Source: an uncultured Bdellovibrionales bacterium (GTDB lineage: Bacteria; Patescibacteriota; Minisyncoccia; Moranbacterales; UBA1568). Taken from it: a stretch of 64,000 nucleotides of DNA. The notes beneath the pieces were generated by a model, which worked only from the letters and a program-made list of their open reading frames with translations, did no database searches and was not told where the DNA came from. Numbering within the stretch: position 1 is the first letter of the stretch; the number at the start of each line of letters is the position of its first letter. Of this stretch, positions 9,180 to 19,006 are shown in pieces. The DNA lies in the NCBI GenBank assembly GCA_964436855.1, contig CAYTED010000002.1:13925-77924 (forward strand), read 5' to 3'. A program made the position numbers and the translations under genes.

Positions 9180-9470
9180 TCAAGAGGCCATAGTCTCTTC
9201 GGGAGGTAGACGAGGAAGACTGTCGAGAATATGAAATAAATTTTGATCCTGCATTGTCTTTGAATCAAGGCTGGTTCTGATTTTGATGCTGATGCTGCCA
9301 TCCATATGGTCGATCAGGGTCGTTTTCGCAGGATTCAAAAATAGATTCTGCATGCTTTTGAGTATCGGTATAACGAATAGCTCACGGTTACCATGAATGG
9401 TTATTTCGACTTCCTGCTTCCATGGCTCTTGAGTTGTTTCACCTAGCAACCAAATACCCACACAATTCAT
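9180..9470 (-). CDS. Hypothetical protein
   Basis: ORF fills the cysS-dnaB gap; purine-rich SD; upstream TTGACC-17-TATGAT. Confidence 0.55.
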   Translation of the reverse strand: MNCVGIWLLGETTQEPWKQEVEITIHGNRELFVIPILKSMQNLFLNPAKTTLIDHMDGSISIKIRTSLDSKTMQDQNLFHILDSLPRLPPEETMAS

Positions 9471-9583
9471 TTTCGCCACCCTGTCTGTTAATGATCTCAA
9501 TGTATAATCATACGATATCTTCTTGACTTGGTCAATATTGGTTTTTCGTTTTTTGCGGAGTACAATGAATCGTACTCTTTTTT

Positions 9584-10948
9584 ATGGTCAATTCTTCCTC
9601 TGATCATCTTCGTATTCCCCCGCACAATATCGAGGCCGAACAATCGGTACTCGGTTCGCTTATGCTTGATAAGGATGCGATTATCCGGGTGGCCGATCTT
9701 GTGAAGGTCGGTGATTTTTACAAGCCGGACCACAACACGATCTACGAAGCGATTCTCACGCTCTACGAAAAGCGCGAGCCGATCGATGTGCTCTCGCTCT
9801 CGAATATTTTGGAAGAGCGCGGGAAGCTCGATGAAATCGGCGGGTCGTCGTATCTTGCGACACTTGTCAACACTGTGCCAACGGCGTCCAATGTCGCTCA
9901 TTATGCAAAGGTCGTGCAGAAGAAATCTCTTTTGCGACGTTTGATCGGGACGGCGACCGAAATTGTTGAAATGGGATATGACGAGAGCGAAGACGTGCAC
10001 AAGGTGCTTGACGAAGCCGAGCAGAAACTTTTTTCGGTATCGCAAAAATATATCAAGCAGGATTTTATTCCCATCCGATCCATTCTCGAAGAGGCGTTTA
10101 ATCGGATCGACGAGCTCCACAAAAGTGATGGTGCGATGCGCGGTGTTCCTTCGGGATATGCCGATCTCGATCATTTGCTCGCGGGGTTTCAAAAGTCGGA
10201 TCTTATTATTCTTGCGGCGCGACCATCGGTCGGAAAGACGACGTTTGCGCTCGATATCGCGCGGCAGATCGGGACGCTTGCGAAAATTCCAGTTGGTATT
10301 TTCTCGCTTGAAATGGGTGCGGACCAGCTGATCGATCGTATGATCGCGGCGGAGGCGGGCGTTGATCTCTGGCGACTCCGTACGGGAAAACTTTCAAGCG
10401 AGGGTGAGAACAGTGATTTTCAGCGCATCGGACAAGCGATCGGAGTGCTTTCCGAAGCGCCAATTTTTATTGATGATTCCGGATCGCTCAATATTATGGA
10501 AATGCGGACGATGGCGCGTCGTTTGCAGGCCGAACACAAGCTCGGAATGATTATTATCGACTATCTCCAGCTGATGGAGGGACGCGCGCGGACCGGCGAT
10601 AATCGCGTGCAGGAAATTTCCGAAATTTCCCGCGGTCTGAAACAGCTCGCTCGTGAACTCAATATTCCGATCATTGCGCTTTCGCAGCTTTCTCGTGCCG
10701 TGGAATCGCGTCCCGATCAACGTCCGAAGCTTTCCGATCTTCGCGAATCCGGTTCGATCGAACAGGATGCGGACGTTGTGATGTTTCTTTATCGCGAGGA
10801 CCGCGTGAAGCCGGATACTCCGAACAAAAATATCGTCGATATCATTGTCGCGAAACACCGAAACGGCCCGGTTGGTCAGATATCGCTTTATTTCCAAGAC
10901 AACTCAACGACCTTTAAGAATCTCGAGAGAGTACATTCGGAACAGTAA
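9584..10948 (+). CDS. dnaB: Replicative DNA helicase
   Basis: PPHNIEAEQSVLG, ARPSVGKT and LSDLRESGSIEQDAD motifs; no intein. Confidence 0.99.
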   Translation: MVNSSSDHLRIPPHNIEAEQSVLGSLMLDKDAIIRVADLVKVGDFYKPDHNTIYEAILTLYEKREPIDVLSLSNILEERGKLDEIGGSSYLATLVNTVPTASNVAHYAKVVQKKSLLRRLIGTATEIVEMGYDESEDVHKVLDEAEQKLFSVSQKYIKQDFIPIRSILEEAFNRIDELHKSDGAMRGVPSGYADLDHLLAGFQKSDLIILAARPSVGKTTFALDIARQIGTLAKIPVGIFSLEMGADQLIDRMIAAEAGVDLWRLRTGKLSSEGENSDFQRIGQAIGVLSEAPIFIDDSGSLNIMEMRTMARRLQAEHKLGMIIIDYLQLMEGRARTGDNRVQEISEISRGLKQLARELNIPIIALSQLSRAVESRPDQRPKLSDLRESGSIEQDADVVMFLYREDRVKPDTPNKNIVDIIVAKHRNGPVGQISLYFQDNSTTFKNLERVHSEQ

Positions 10949-11027
10949 TTTTGAATTTTGATTGAAATTCGAGTTTTTGAATTTAGAAATTGATTCAAAA
11001 TTAAAAATTCAAAACTCAAAATTTTCT

Positions 11028-11615
11028 ATGAAGTATCCCAAACCTTTTCAAGATCTCATCGCGCACTTTTCGTCGCTTCCGTCGATCGGGCCGAAAATGG
11101 CGGAGCGGCTGACGCTCTATCTCTTCAAACGCGAGAGCGTGGAGCTTGAAGTGTTTGCCGAAGCGCTTGAGGCGCTCCATTCGCTTCGATTTTGTTCGAA
11201 ATGTTTTCATATCTCCGAGGGTGAACTCTGTCCGATGTGTGCCGATCCGGAGCGCGACCGGGCGACACTCTGCGTGGTGGAAGAGCCGCTTGATGTGATC
11301 GCAATCGAGCGGACGGGAAGTTATGCCGGGCTCTACCACGTGCTTGGTGGACTTCTTGAATCCGACGGTGGTGATAAGCGCCTGACTATCCCTGAACTCC
11401 TCCGTCGTGTGGAGGCGGACGGCATTTCCGAGGTGATTCTTGCCACCAACCCGACGACCGAGGGTGATGCCACGGCATTTTACCTGAAAACGAAACTCCT
11501 CTCGTCAGGCGTGAAAATAAGCCGCATTGCGCGCGGTTTGGCGACTGGTGGCGACATCGAATACGCCGATGATGCCACTCTCACTGCATCACTTGCAAAT
11601 AGGTCTGGAATGTGA
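11028..11615 (+). CDS. recR: Recombination mediator RecR
   Basis: LPSIGPKMAERL, C4 zinc finger, ILATNPTTEGDAT; start set at ATG 11028. Confidence 0.97.
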   Translation: MKYPKPFQDLIAHFSSLPSIGPKMAERLTLYLFKRESVELEVFAEALEALHSLRFCSKCFHISEGELCPMCADPERDRATLCVVEEPLDVIAIERTGSYAGLYHVLGGLLESDGGDKRLTIPELLRRVEADGISEVILATNPTTEGDATAFYLKTKLLSSGVKISRIARGLATGGDIEYADDATLTASLANRSGM

Positions 11616-11621
11616 TATAAT
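11593..11621 (+). promoter_or_regulatory. sigma70 promoter at the end of recR
   Basis: TTGCAA-17-TATAAT with extended -10 TG. Confidence 0.6.
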
Positions 11622-11719
11622 ATTTTATTAGAGATGTGAGAGGTTTGCTTTTTTCGGATCATTTCTTATGGGCAATGAAAAGGAGATCCTTTCTCCTGTC
11701 AGTTTTCATCTTTTTATAT

Positions 11720-11757
11720 TGTACATAAAAATAAGCGACCGCTTACTTTTGTGTACA
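11720..11757. repeat. 38-bp imperfect palindrome, copy 1
   Basis: TGTACATAAAAATAAGCGACCGCTTACTTTTGTGTACA; 34/38 identical to 34668-34705. Confidence 0.85.
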
Positions 11758-11888
11758 GTGCGTCAGAAGGATTTCAAATGGAAAGGAGTGTAAAAATAGG
11801 AAGGAGTATAAAAAAGAAAAAGCTATTGGAAGACAGAGTCTATCCTGACGGGGTCTTAGCTGTTTTTCAAATGATCAGTGGGAAAACG

Positions 11889-11922
11889 AAAAACCCCGAG
11901 GAATCGGGGATTTTGTTTGTTT
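11889..11922. terminator. Bidirectional terminator downstream of rplU
   Basis: A5-CCCCGA-GGAA-TCGGGG followed by a T-rich run. Confidence 0.75.
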
Positions 11923-11930
11923 GAAGAAAT

Positions 11931-12239
11931 TTACGCGGAGATTTTGGTGATCTCGACTTCGGTGTAGTGCTGGCGATGACCAAAGCGCGTGAGTTCGCGT
12001 TTCTTTGCTTTGTGCTTGATCCCGGTTACTTTCTTGTGCCTACCTTGCTTGGTAACCTTTCCGGTAACGGTCGCCTTTTCGAGAATGGGTGCGCCGATAT
12101 CCACCTTGTTTTCATCACCCACGAAGAGCGTCTCGAAAGAAACTTCCGAGCCGACTTCATTCTCGAGCTTTTCGATTTTCACCTTGGATCCCTCGGACAC
12201 GAGGTATTGTTTTCCGCCGGTTTTGATCACTGCAAACAT
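11931..12239 (-). CDS. rplU: 50S ribosomal protein L21
   Basis: MFAVIKTGGKQY and GHRQHYT motifs. Confidence 0.97.
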   Translation of the reverse strand: MFAVIKTGGKQYLVSEGSKVKIEKLENEVGSEVSFETLFVGDENKVDIGAPILEKATVTGKVTKQGRHKKVTGIKHKAKKRELTRFGHRQHYTEVEITKISA

Positions 12240-12319
12240 AAATATTCGTTCAAAGATGAATTCCAATATACCCGACCAGTATACTTTTTTTTTGGATCCT
12301 TGTCAATAAGCCAAAATTC

Positions 12320-14203
12320 TTATTCAAGAATAGCCTTGATTCGACGGACGCCAGCGGAAGAGGCTTCTTCTTTCGTAATTTTGAAATGGCCAAATGCGGC
12401 GATTTCTTTCGTATTCTTGACGTGCGGGCCGCCGCAGAGTTCGCGCGAATAAACGACTCCGTCCGGTCCGACAACTTGGTAGACCGTCACTTTTTCCGGA
12501 TATTTTTCCCAGAAACTTCCTTCGACCCCGACTTTTTTTGCCTCGTCTTTTTCCATTACACTTGTTTCGACAATTACATTCGCATCAATTGCAGTATTCA
12601 CGAATTGTTCCACGCGATCGAGAATTTCGCGTGAGACTTTTTCCGGAGAGGTGAAGTCAAAACGCGTGCGTTCTTCGGTGATATTTGATCCGGCCTGATG
12701 AATCCCCTCCCCGAGTTCTTTTCGGAGTCCGGCGAGCATAAGGTGGGTTGCGGTATGAAATGCCGTAACCTTTTCGCTGTGATCGGCAAGTCCGCCCTTG
12801 AATTTTCCCGCGCTTGCGGTGCGCGAGAGGTCGCGGTGTTTCTCGAATTCCTCGCGAAAAGCTTGTTCGTCGAGAGAAATATTATTTTCTTGAGCGAGTT
12901 CGGTTGTCAGCTCGAAGGGAAATCCGTAGGTAGCAAAAAGATCAAAGGCGTCTCTTCCCGAAAGACTGCCGGCGGCCGTTCGCTTTTCGAACTCCTTGAG
13001 ACCATGCGCGAGAGTTTTTCTGAATTTCCCCTCCTCCTTTTCGAGTTCCGCAAGGAGGATATCTTGTTTCTCTGGAAGATTCGGATAGGCATCCTTGTAG
13101 GTTTCAAGAAAGGCCTTTGCGATCGGGATGGTGAAATTTTTTTCGATACCCAATCGTAGGCCAAAGCGAATCGCCCGTCGAATGAGACGGCGGACAAAAT
13201 ATCCCTGATCTTTGTTGGACGGGAAGACATTGTCGCCAATAAGCAGTGTCGCCGCACGAAGATGATCCATAATGACCCGAAAGGCAAATGTGTCCGATTC
13301 GTTTGTTCCGTATGTTTTTCCTGAAAGAGTTTCGATCGCGTGTCTTGAAGCGTTAAAAAGGCTGATACGGAAAACGTCCGGCGTATCGAGTACGGCCGCG
13401 GTGAGTCGTTCTAATCCTCCGCCAAAATCGACATTGGGCGCGGGGAGTTTTTCGAAGCGATTTTCATGCTTCACATATTCCATAAACACATTGTTCCCGA
13501 TTTCCATAAATCGCCCGCAATCGCAGTTCACATGACAGGGTTTGTCTTTCCATTGCGACGCCTCATGGAATTTTTTGGTATTTTCGGGATCGAAATCCCA
13601 AAACATTTCGGTGTCAGGGCCGCCCGGTTCACCGTTTGGCATATTGTTTGGCACACCGGAACGCGACCACCAGTTTTTCTTGTCGTCATAATAAAAAATC
13701 CGCCCTCCTTGCATTCCATCGCGTTCAGCGTGGTCAATAATTTTCGCCTCGATGCCTTTTTCTTGGAGTAATGCCTGCCAGAGTCCCGCTGATTCCTCAT
13801 CTTTTGGAATTCCAAGCGCATCATTTCCCTGATAACAGGTGAAGAAGAGTCGTTTCGGATCGAGAGCGAGTGTTTCTGTGAGAAATTCAAACATCCAGCT
13901 GATTTGCTCTCGCTTAAAATAATCCCCGAACGACCAGTTTCCAAGCATTTCGAAAAAAGTGGTGTGTCGATTGTCCCCTACTTCTTCGATGTCCTGCGAA
14001 CGAAACGATTTTTGCGAATCGGTAATGCGTTTTCCCAGAGGATGCGGTTCTCCAAAAAAATACGGAAGCATTGGCTGCATACCCGAACCTGTAAAAAGAG
14101 TGGTCGGATCGTTTTCCGGGACGAGAGGTGCGGACGGAATCACCGCGTGACCGCGGTGTTGAAAAAAGTCGAGATATTTTTTTCGGAGTTCGTTTCCGGT
14201 CAT
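12320..14203 (-). CDS. alaS: Alanine--tRNA ligase (aminoacylation and editing domains, no C-Ala)
   Basis: HTTFFEMLGNWSFGDYFK, HTATH, ELCGGPHV; ends at GVRRIKAILE. Confidence 0.98.
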   Translation of the reverse strand: MTGNELRKKYLDFFQHRGHAVIPSAPLVPENDPTTLFTGSGMQPMLPYFFGEPHPLGKRITDSQKSFRSQDIEEVGDNRHTTFFEMLGNWSFGDYFKREQISWMFEFLTETLALDPKRLFFTCYQGNDALGIPKDEESAGLWQALLQEKGIEAKIIDHAERDGMQGGRIFYYDDKKNWWSRSGVPNNMPNGEPGGPDTEMFWDFDPENTKKFHEASQWKDKPCHVNCDCGRFMEIGNNVFMEYVKHENRFEKLPAPNVDFGGGLERLTAAVLDTPDVFRISLFNASRHAIETLSGKTYGTNESDTFAFRVIMDHLRAATLLIGDNVFPSNKDQGYFVRRLIRRAIRFGLRLGIEKNFTIPIAKAFLETYKDAYPNLPEKQDILLAELEKEEGKFRKTLAHGLKEFEKRTAAGSLSGRDAFDLFATYGFPFELTTELAQENNISLDEQAFREEFEKHRDLSRTASAGKFKGGLADHSEKVTAFHTATHLMLAGLRKELGEGIHQAGSNITEERTRFDFTSPEKVSREILDRVEQFVNTAIDANVIVETSVMEKDEAKKVGVEGSFWEKYPEKVTVYQVVGPDGVVYSRELCGGPHVKNTKEIAAFGHFKITKEEASSAGVRRIKAILE

Positions 14204-14212
14204 AATACTACT

Positions 14213-14485
14213 TTACAGCAAATTCATTGTTTTCTTCATTTTTTTCAATTCAAGATCGAGAAGCGCGGCTTTTCGTGCGAGATCAGTTTTCTTTTTCTCT
14301 TGTACGGACAGCTGCGCCTGAAGCAGAGCGTATTCGCGTTTGATGCGCCGGATACTTTCATCGATCCCCGTGATTTCCCGGGTGAATTTTTTCCGATCCG
14401 CTTCGGCTATGGCGAATTCCGACTGAAGACGCCGTAAAATCGCCTTGGAATCTTTGCGGTTTCCGGTGGTTGATAAAAATCCCAT
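14213..14485 (-). CDS. Small coiled-coil protein
   Basis: 90-aa heptad-rich ORF ending 9 bp upstream of alaS; upstream TTGCCT-17-TACACT. Confidence 0.75.
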   Translation of the reverse strand: MGFLSTTGNRKDSKAILRRLQSEFAIAEADRKKFTREITGIDESIRRIKREYALLQAQLSVQEKKKTDLARKAALLDLELKKMKKTMNLL

Positions 14486-14534
14486 AGGGTTATCCAGTGT
14501 ACGAAAAATTCAAGAAAAAGGCAATGCGAGAGAT

Positions 14535-16529
14535 TTATTCTTTCGGCGGGTCCGCAATGCGGATGTGAATCCGGTTCGTGTCGGTAGGAAGTGTTTTTTT
14601 GAATTCAGGGTGAGGGACGATGTCGATTTGATTTATTTCCGGGTGCTTGTCGAGAACCGCTTCTTTCAGCGTAGATATATCGAGACCGGAGAGTTCGGAT
14701 CGAATGGTCTCGGAGTCGACGCGTACGACAAGAGTAATATCGGCCGAGACGGTCGCGCGACCGCTCTCGTTTTTGAAATCAGGTTCGAGCGAAACGGTGT
14801 TGATCAGAATGGATTGCGGGACGAGCGAGAGGTTGTTTCCCTTTGCGACCGGATGATTTTTTTGAATCAAGACGTCGATCGCTTGTTGAATTCGGTCATC
14901 TGAAAGGACAAATGCTTTTCCGTGAAAACGGAACTTGGGAGAAATATTGTCTCCCGGCATTCCAACGATAAGAGCCGGCTCTTCATTGAGAGGTGTCAAT
15001 TCCATTCCTTCGTCGAGAAGGCGAATATTTGCATTGCCGGTTTTTTCCGAAAGAATGGCACGAAAGGATTCTTTCGCTTTTTCTTTGGCGAGGGTTTTCG
15101 CTTGTTCGATATCGGAAACGGTCAGTGATTTTCCGGAAGCGTTTGTTCCGCCGCCACCCGTCATTGTGGAAGAGGATTTCGCGGAGAATTTTTCGTATTT
15201 CGGACCACCTTTAAATCCCGGGATGGTAAAGGTACTCGGGTTGATATTGTATTCCGCGCCCGGTTGGTCGGCAACGACTTGCGCCTCAATCGCCCCCGGC
15301 TCTTTTTTTCCGCTAATTTCCGTCATTCCGGGAACCGCTATGCTTTGCGCGAGGCGAAAAATTTTTCCCTCCGGTGTTTCGAACCGAGTGGTTGAGACGA
15401 GGGTTTGCGGCTCGGTCCCGTAGTTGTTGTAAATGACGATTTTTCCTCGAGCGCGATCGCTCCCCTTTTCGGTGGATGTCGACCCGGTGGCCGCTACGGG
15501 AACCGATACTTCGATTGTTTCTTCAAAAGATTGGTAGGGAAGATTGAATTCCGAAGATGTTTCGGTTATTTTCCAATCCGGAACGAGTTCGAATTCGAAC
15601 TTTTCATTTGATTTTTGTTCCGAGTACGGGAAGAGTGTTACTTCTGCGCTGGAACGGATCGTATAGAATCCGATTCCTCCAACCAAAAGAATAAATATCG
15701 CCGCGAGAAAAACGAGAGCGCGTTGAGATCTTCGACCAATTGGTTTTCCCGGATCTTTTTTTGGAAAATTCTGGAGTGTTGGAGATTCTTTTTTGAGAGG
15801 TGGGCGTTCGGGCGCGGAAGAGGTATTCCCTTTTGGAGAGAAGAAGGCGTTTATTTTTTGTGAAGGGAAAAGTGGATTCGGCGCTTCTTGCGTGATTGAT
15901 TTTTCCGGAAGCGTTTTTCTTTGTTCCGGCATAAGCGGGGCGGCCGGCATCGTTTGTTGTAAGGAATTCAGCGCGGTTTGATGTTTTGGCGAATTGTCGC
16001 GAATACGCACCTGCATAGGTCCGGTATCGAGCGGTGAAGGCGTCCCTTCGCTTGAACGCGGAAGGGCGGGTTGCGCTGTTTCGGGCGGGATTTTTCCTCC
16101 CTGAAAAAATTCTTCGGATCCGATGGATTCGGCCTTTACCGCGTAGTAGGATTTTGGTTCGGAAGAAAATTGCGCGGGAAATGCCGTATCGGAAACCAAA
16201 TCCCCCACTGAAACGGTTCCTGCGGGAAGCGATGGCGTGGCGGTATTTTTGAGAGCCTTTTCCCGACGATCGAGTTCCTCTTGGTACGGGCGGGTTTCAA
16301 GACCGGCTTTTTCGGCAAGCGACCGGCTTCCGTTGTCTTGCGAAACGATAACAATATGCTTTCCAAGTTTTTTCGCTTCTCGTTCAAGAAGTTTCAGGCT
16401 GACGACGCTCTGCGAAAGAATGGCTCGCTTGGGGACGACCAGAGTAATGTCTTGATCGGTGGTATGGCGCAATCGTCCGACTACCGAAATGATTTCTTCG
16501 TCCGCTTCAATGTAGAACGTCTGTGGCAT
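14535..16529 (-). CDS. Single-TM membrane protein with baseplate J/gp47-like external domain
   Basis: N-terminal alpha/beta domain, Pro/Ser-rich linker, one TM, then ARGKIVIYN, TRF and VVADQPGAEYNI motifs; family recalled, not searched. Confidence 0.75.
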   Translation of the reverse strand: MPQTFYIEADEEIISVVGRLRHTTDQDITLVVPKRAILSQSVVSLKLLEREAKKLGKHIVIVSQDNGSRSLAEKAGLETRPYQEELDRREKALKNTATPSLPAGTVSVGDLVSDTAFPAQFSSEPKSYYAVKAESIGSEEFFQGGKIPPETAQPALPRSSEGTPSPLDTGPMQVRIRDNSPKHQTALNSLQQTMPAAPLMPEQRKTLPEKSITQEAPNPLFPSQKINAFFSPKGNTSSAPERPPLKKESPTLQNFPKKDPGKPIGRRSQRALVFLAAIFILLVGGIGFYTIRSSAEVTLFPYSEQKSNEKFEFELVPDWKITETSSEFNLPYQSFEETIEVSVPVAATGSTSTEKGSDRARGKIVIYNNYGTEPQTLVSTTRFETPEGKIFRLAQSIAVPGMTEISGKKEPGAIEAQVVADQPGAEYNINPSTFTIPGFKGGPKYEKFSAKSSSTMTGGGGTNASGKSLTVSDIEQAKTLAKEKAKESFRAILSEKTGNANIRLLDEGMELTPLNEEPALIVGMPGDNISPKFRFHGKAFVLSDDRIQQAIDVLIQKNHPVAKGNNLSLVPQSILINTVSLEPDFKNESGRATVSADITLVVRVDSETIRSELSGLDISTLKEAVLDKHPEINQIDIVPHPEFKKTLPTDTNRIHIRIADPPKE

Positions 16530-16544
16530 AATGATAAATCTTTT

Positions 16545-17816
16545 TTATTTTTGATCGATGGAGAGAATGGTTCGTTCGAGAATCGCGGAAAGCATTTTTT
16601 CGTGTTCGAGAGCGTTTAAGAGAACGAGATTGACGAGTCCGAGCGGAGTGATATCTTGCGGGTTGTTGAGTTCGCCGGTCGCATCTATGACGCGAACAAC
16701 GTCTTTCGGTTGCAGGAAACTGACTTGCGGTGGGCGTGCAAACGGTAGGCGTTCGATCCACTCGGGAGAAGAAAGCGCTTGTTTGATCTCCGGAAGTGCC
16801 GATCCTCCTCCGCAGAGAAAGATTCTTGACGGGAGAACATCGGTTTCGGCGAACTCCGCAAGAGAAATTTCCACCCCGCCGAGCCAGACGCGCGCGTCTT
16901 CGGCATAGAGCGAGCCGACGGAGCGGAGGTCGTTTTCCGGAAGGTGTCCGAGAGAATATGCGAGTTTCATTTCCTCGGCTTGTTCGAGCGAAAGTTGAAA
17001 TTCTTGCGAGAGGCGCTTGGTGAAAGCGCGACCGCCGAGGGCGAACATTTTCGTTCCTTCGAGGCCGCCATTTCGAACAATGGCAATATCGGTGGTTCCT
17101 CCGCCGATGTCGATAAAAATCGCACCAAAATCACTCATATCTTCCACCTCGACGGATCGCGCGACAGCGTAGGGTTCTGCGGCAACCGAAAGAAGATCGA
17201 GCTTGAGATCGTGTGCGATCGCCTCAAGGGCGCCGAGATGGATCATTGGCGCATAGGCATTGAAAACGCTGATGGAGACGTCGCGTCCTTGAAAATTGAG
17301 TGGATTCACGATGCGATAGCCGTCGATTTTTACATCGACGAGCGATGCGTTGATGAGTTTGATTTCAATGCTGTCCTGTCCGGTCTCCCAAGCGAGTTGG
17401 CGTTTGATGCGTTCAAATGCCTTTTCTTGAACTTTTCCGATGATTGTTTTTAATTCCGATGCACCGATGCGAATTTCCGGATTGACGCGTTCATAGTGAA
17501 CGGTGGTTGTTGTTCCCTTCACCAGCTCACCTGCAATACCGATAACGCTTTTATCAATGTGTTTTATTTTTGCCTTTTGTTTCGCGAGCTCGATCGCCGC
17601 ACGGGAACATTCGATGACGCCGCTAATATCCGAAACCGCCCCGCTCTGCATATTGCCGGGACGCTGCGCGATACGGCCGATGCCGTGAACCGTCGCTTTT
17701 CCGGTAGATTCGTCCACGGTAAAAACAAGCGCTTTCACCACTTCGGTTCCGATATCGAGCGCAAGATAATAATGACCGGAAGAGCCTCCTTTGAATACGG
17801 AAGAAAAAATCCCCAT
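16545..17816 (-). CDS. FtsA-like actin-fold ATPase
   Basis: LALDIGTEVVK, AEPYA, IDIGGGTTD and LCGGGSAL motifs; no adjacent ftsZ. Confidence 0.88.
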   Translation of the reverse strand: MGIFSSVFKGGSSGHYYLALDIGTEVVKALVFTVDESTGKATVHGIGRIAQRPGNMQSGAVSDISGVIECSRAAIELAKQKAKIKHIDKSVIGIAGELVKGTTTTVHYERVNPEIRIGASELKTIIGKVQEKAFERIKRQLAWETGQDSIEIKLINASLVDVKIDGYRIVNPLNFQGRDVSISVFNAYAPMIHLGALEAIAHDLKLDLLSVAAEPYAVARSVEVEDMSDFGAIFIDIGGGTTDIAIVRNGGLEGTKMFALGGRAFTKRLSQEFQLSLEQAEEMKLAYSLGHLPENDLRSVGSLYAEDARVWLGGVEISLAEFAETDVLPSRIFLCGGGSALPEIKQALSSPEWIERLPFARPPQVSFLQPKDVVRVIDATGELNNPQDITPLGLVNLVLLNALEHEKMLSAILERTILSIDQK

Positions 17817-17951
17817 AGGAATACGGATTTTGTTTTCGTGTTCAGTATAGCATACTACTGAATCCGTAAGAAGCGTTGGTCTTTTTTATGATCTTTCTTT
17901 CCGGCGAGCCTTGTTTGATGTAGAGAGCGTTTCGAAATTTCTTCCAACATT

Positions 17952-18974
17952 TTAACGAAGCTTGGAGATGTTTATGGATGATTCGAGTGATTCGAGAGCG
18001 TCCTTTGTGAGGTGTCCCGTGTTGGCGCCGTAAAAACGAACGACATTTCCTCCGTTTGCGATTCCGAATTTGAGAGCGGTTTCAAGGGAAAGGTCTTCGA
18101 CTACGGAGGCGAGGAAGGCCGCGGTGAATCCATCCCCCGCTCCGGTCATATCGACCGCCTTTACATCGGGTAGAATATCGGAATGAAACAGCGAGTGCCC
18201 GTCCGATGCCCATGCGCCGCGCCGTCCGTCGGTAAGAGCGACGATTTTTGCGCCTGCTTTATGCAGTGATTGCACGAGAAATTCCTCATTATTCATCCGG
18301 TCTTTTCGGTCGGAATCGGTGGGGATATCGGAGGCGAGAAGAAGTTCGATAGCCTCGTCTTTATTGAGAACGATTACATTGACCGAACGGATGGCTTCAA
18401 GTATCGCTTTTGCATCGTCTTTGATATTATGTTGACCGGGGTTGAGCGCAAGGCAGAGATTATGCTTCTCCTTCAGTGCGATCAACTTCTCGAGATTTTT
18501 CTTCCAGTTGCCATTGAGTGCGCTTATAAGCATCCAGTTGGTTTCCGGAAAATGATCATCAAGAATTTCAAGACGATCATTTGCGTCGCGATTGTGAAAA
18601 ATAACACGCTCCCCGTTTTGTTTTAGAACGACAATTGCGGAAAGATCGGTTCGAACGTGCTCATCAGTAAGAAAGGTACTCGTTTCAACACCCGCTTTTT
18701 TGAGAGTGTTGATAATCCATTCTCCGGTATCGTCGTTTCCGACTTTGGAATAACAGGCGGCGTGAATGCCAAACTTTGCGAGTCCGTGCGCGACATTAGC
18801 GGCAACGCCACCGACCGCTTCGTAGCGTTCTTTGGCGCGATATTTCGCACCGGTTTCAAAACAGACCTTTTCCTGCGCTTCGAGGTCTTCGGGCGTTTCG
18901 ATAATCGTGCCCTCCTCAATCGGAAAGAAAATATCCTTTGAACTCGAACCGACACAGATAACTTTCACGTTCAT
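17952..18974 (-). CDS. PfkB-family carbohydrate kinase
   Basis: GGVAANVA and DMTGAGDGF motifs. Confidence 0.93.
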   Translation of the reverse strand: MNVKVICVGSSSKDIFFPIEEGTIIETPEDLEAQEKVCFETGAKYRAKERYEAVGGVAANVAHGLAKFGIHAACYSKVGNDDTGEWIINTLKKAGVETSTFLTDEHVRTDLSAIVVLKQNGERVIFHNRDANDRLEILDDHFPETNWMLISALNGNWKKNLEKLIALKEKHNLCLALNPGQHNIKDDAKAILEAIRSVNVIVLNKDEAIELLLASDIPTDSDRKDRMNNEEFLVQSLHKAGAKIVALTDGRRGAWASDGHSLFHSDILPDVKAVDMTGAGDGFTAAFLASVVEDLSLETALKFGIANGGNVVRFYGANTGHLTKDALESLESSINISKLR

Positions 18975-19006
18975 ACGTTTTTGTTTTTCAGATGAAGTTT
19001 CAATAG

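Noticed and set aside
9584-10948. Intein in dnaB
   Set aside because: Length is normal (454 aa) and the motifs are contiguous.
14535-16529. Prophage or contractile injection system
   Set aside because: No sheath, tube, capsid, terminase or integrase genes; the protein is membrane-anchored among core genes.
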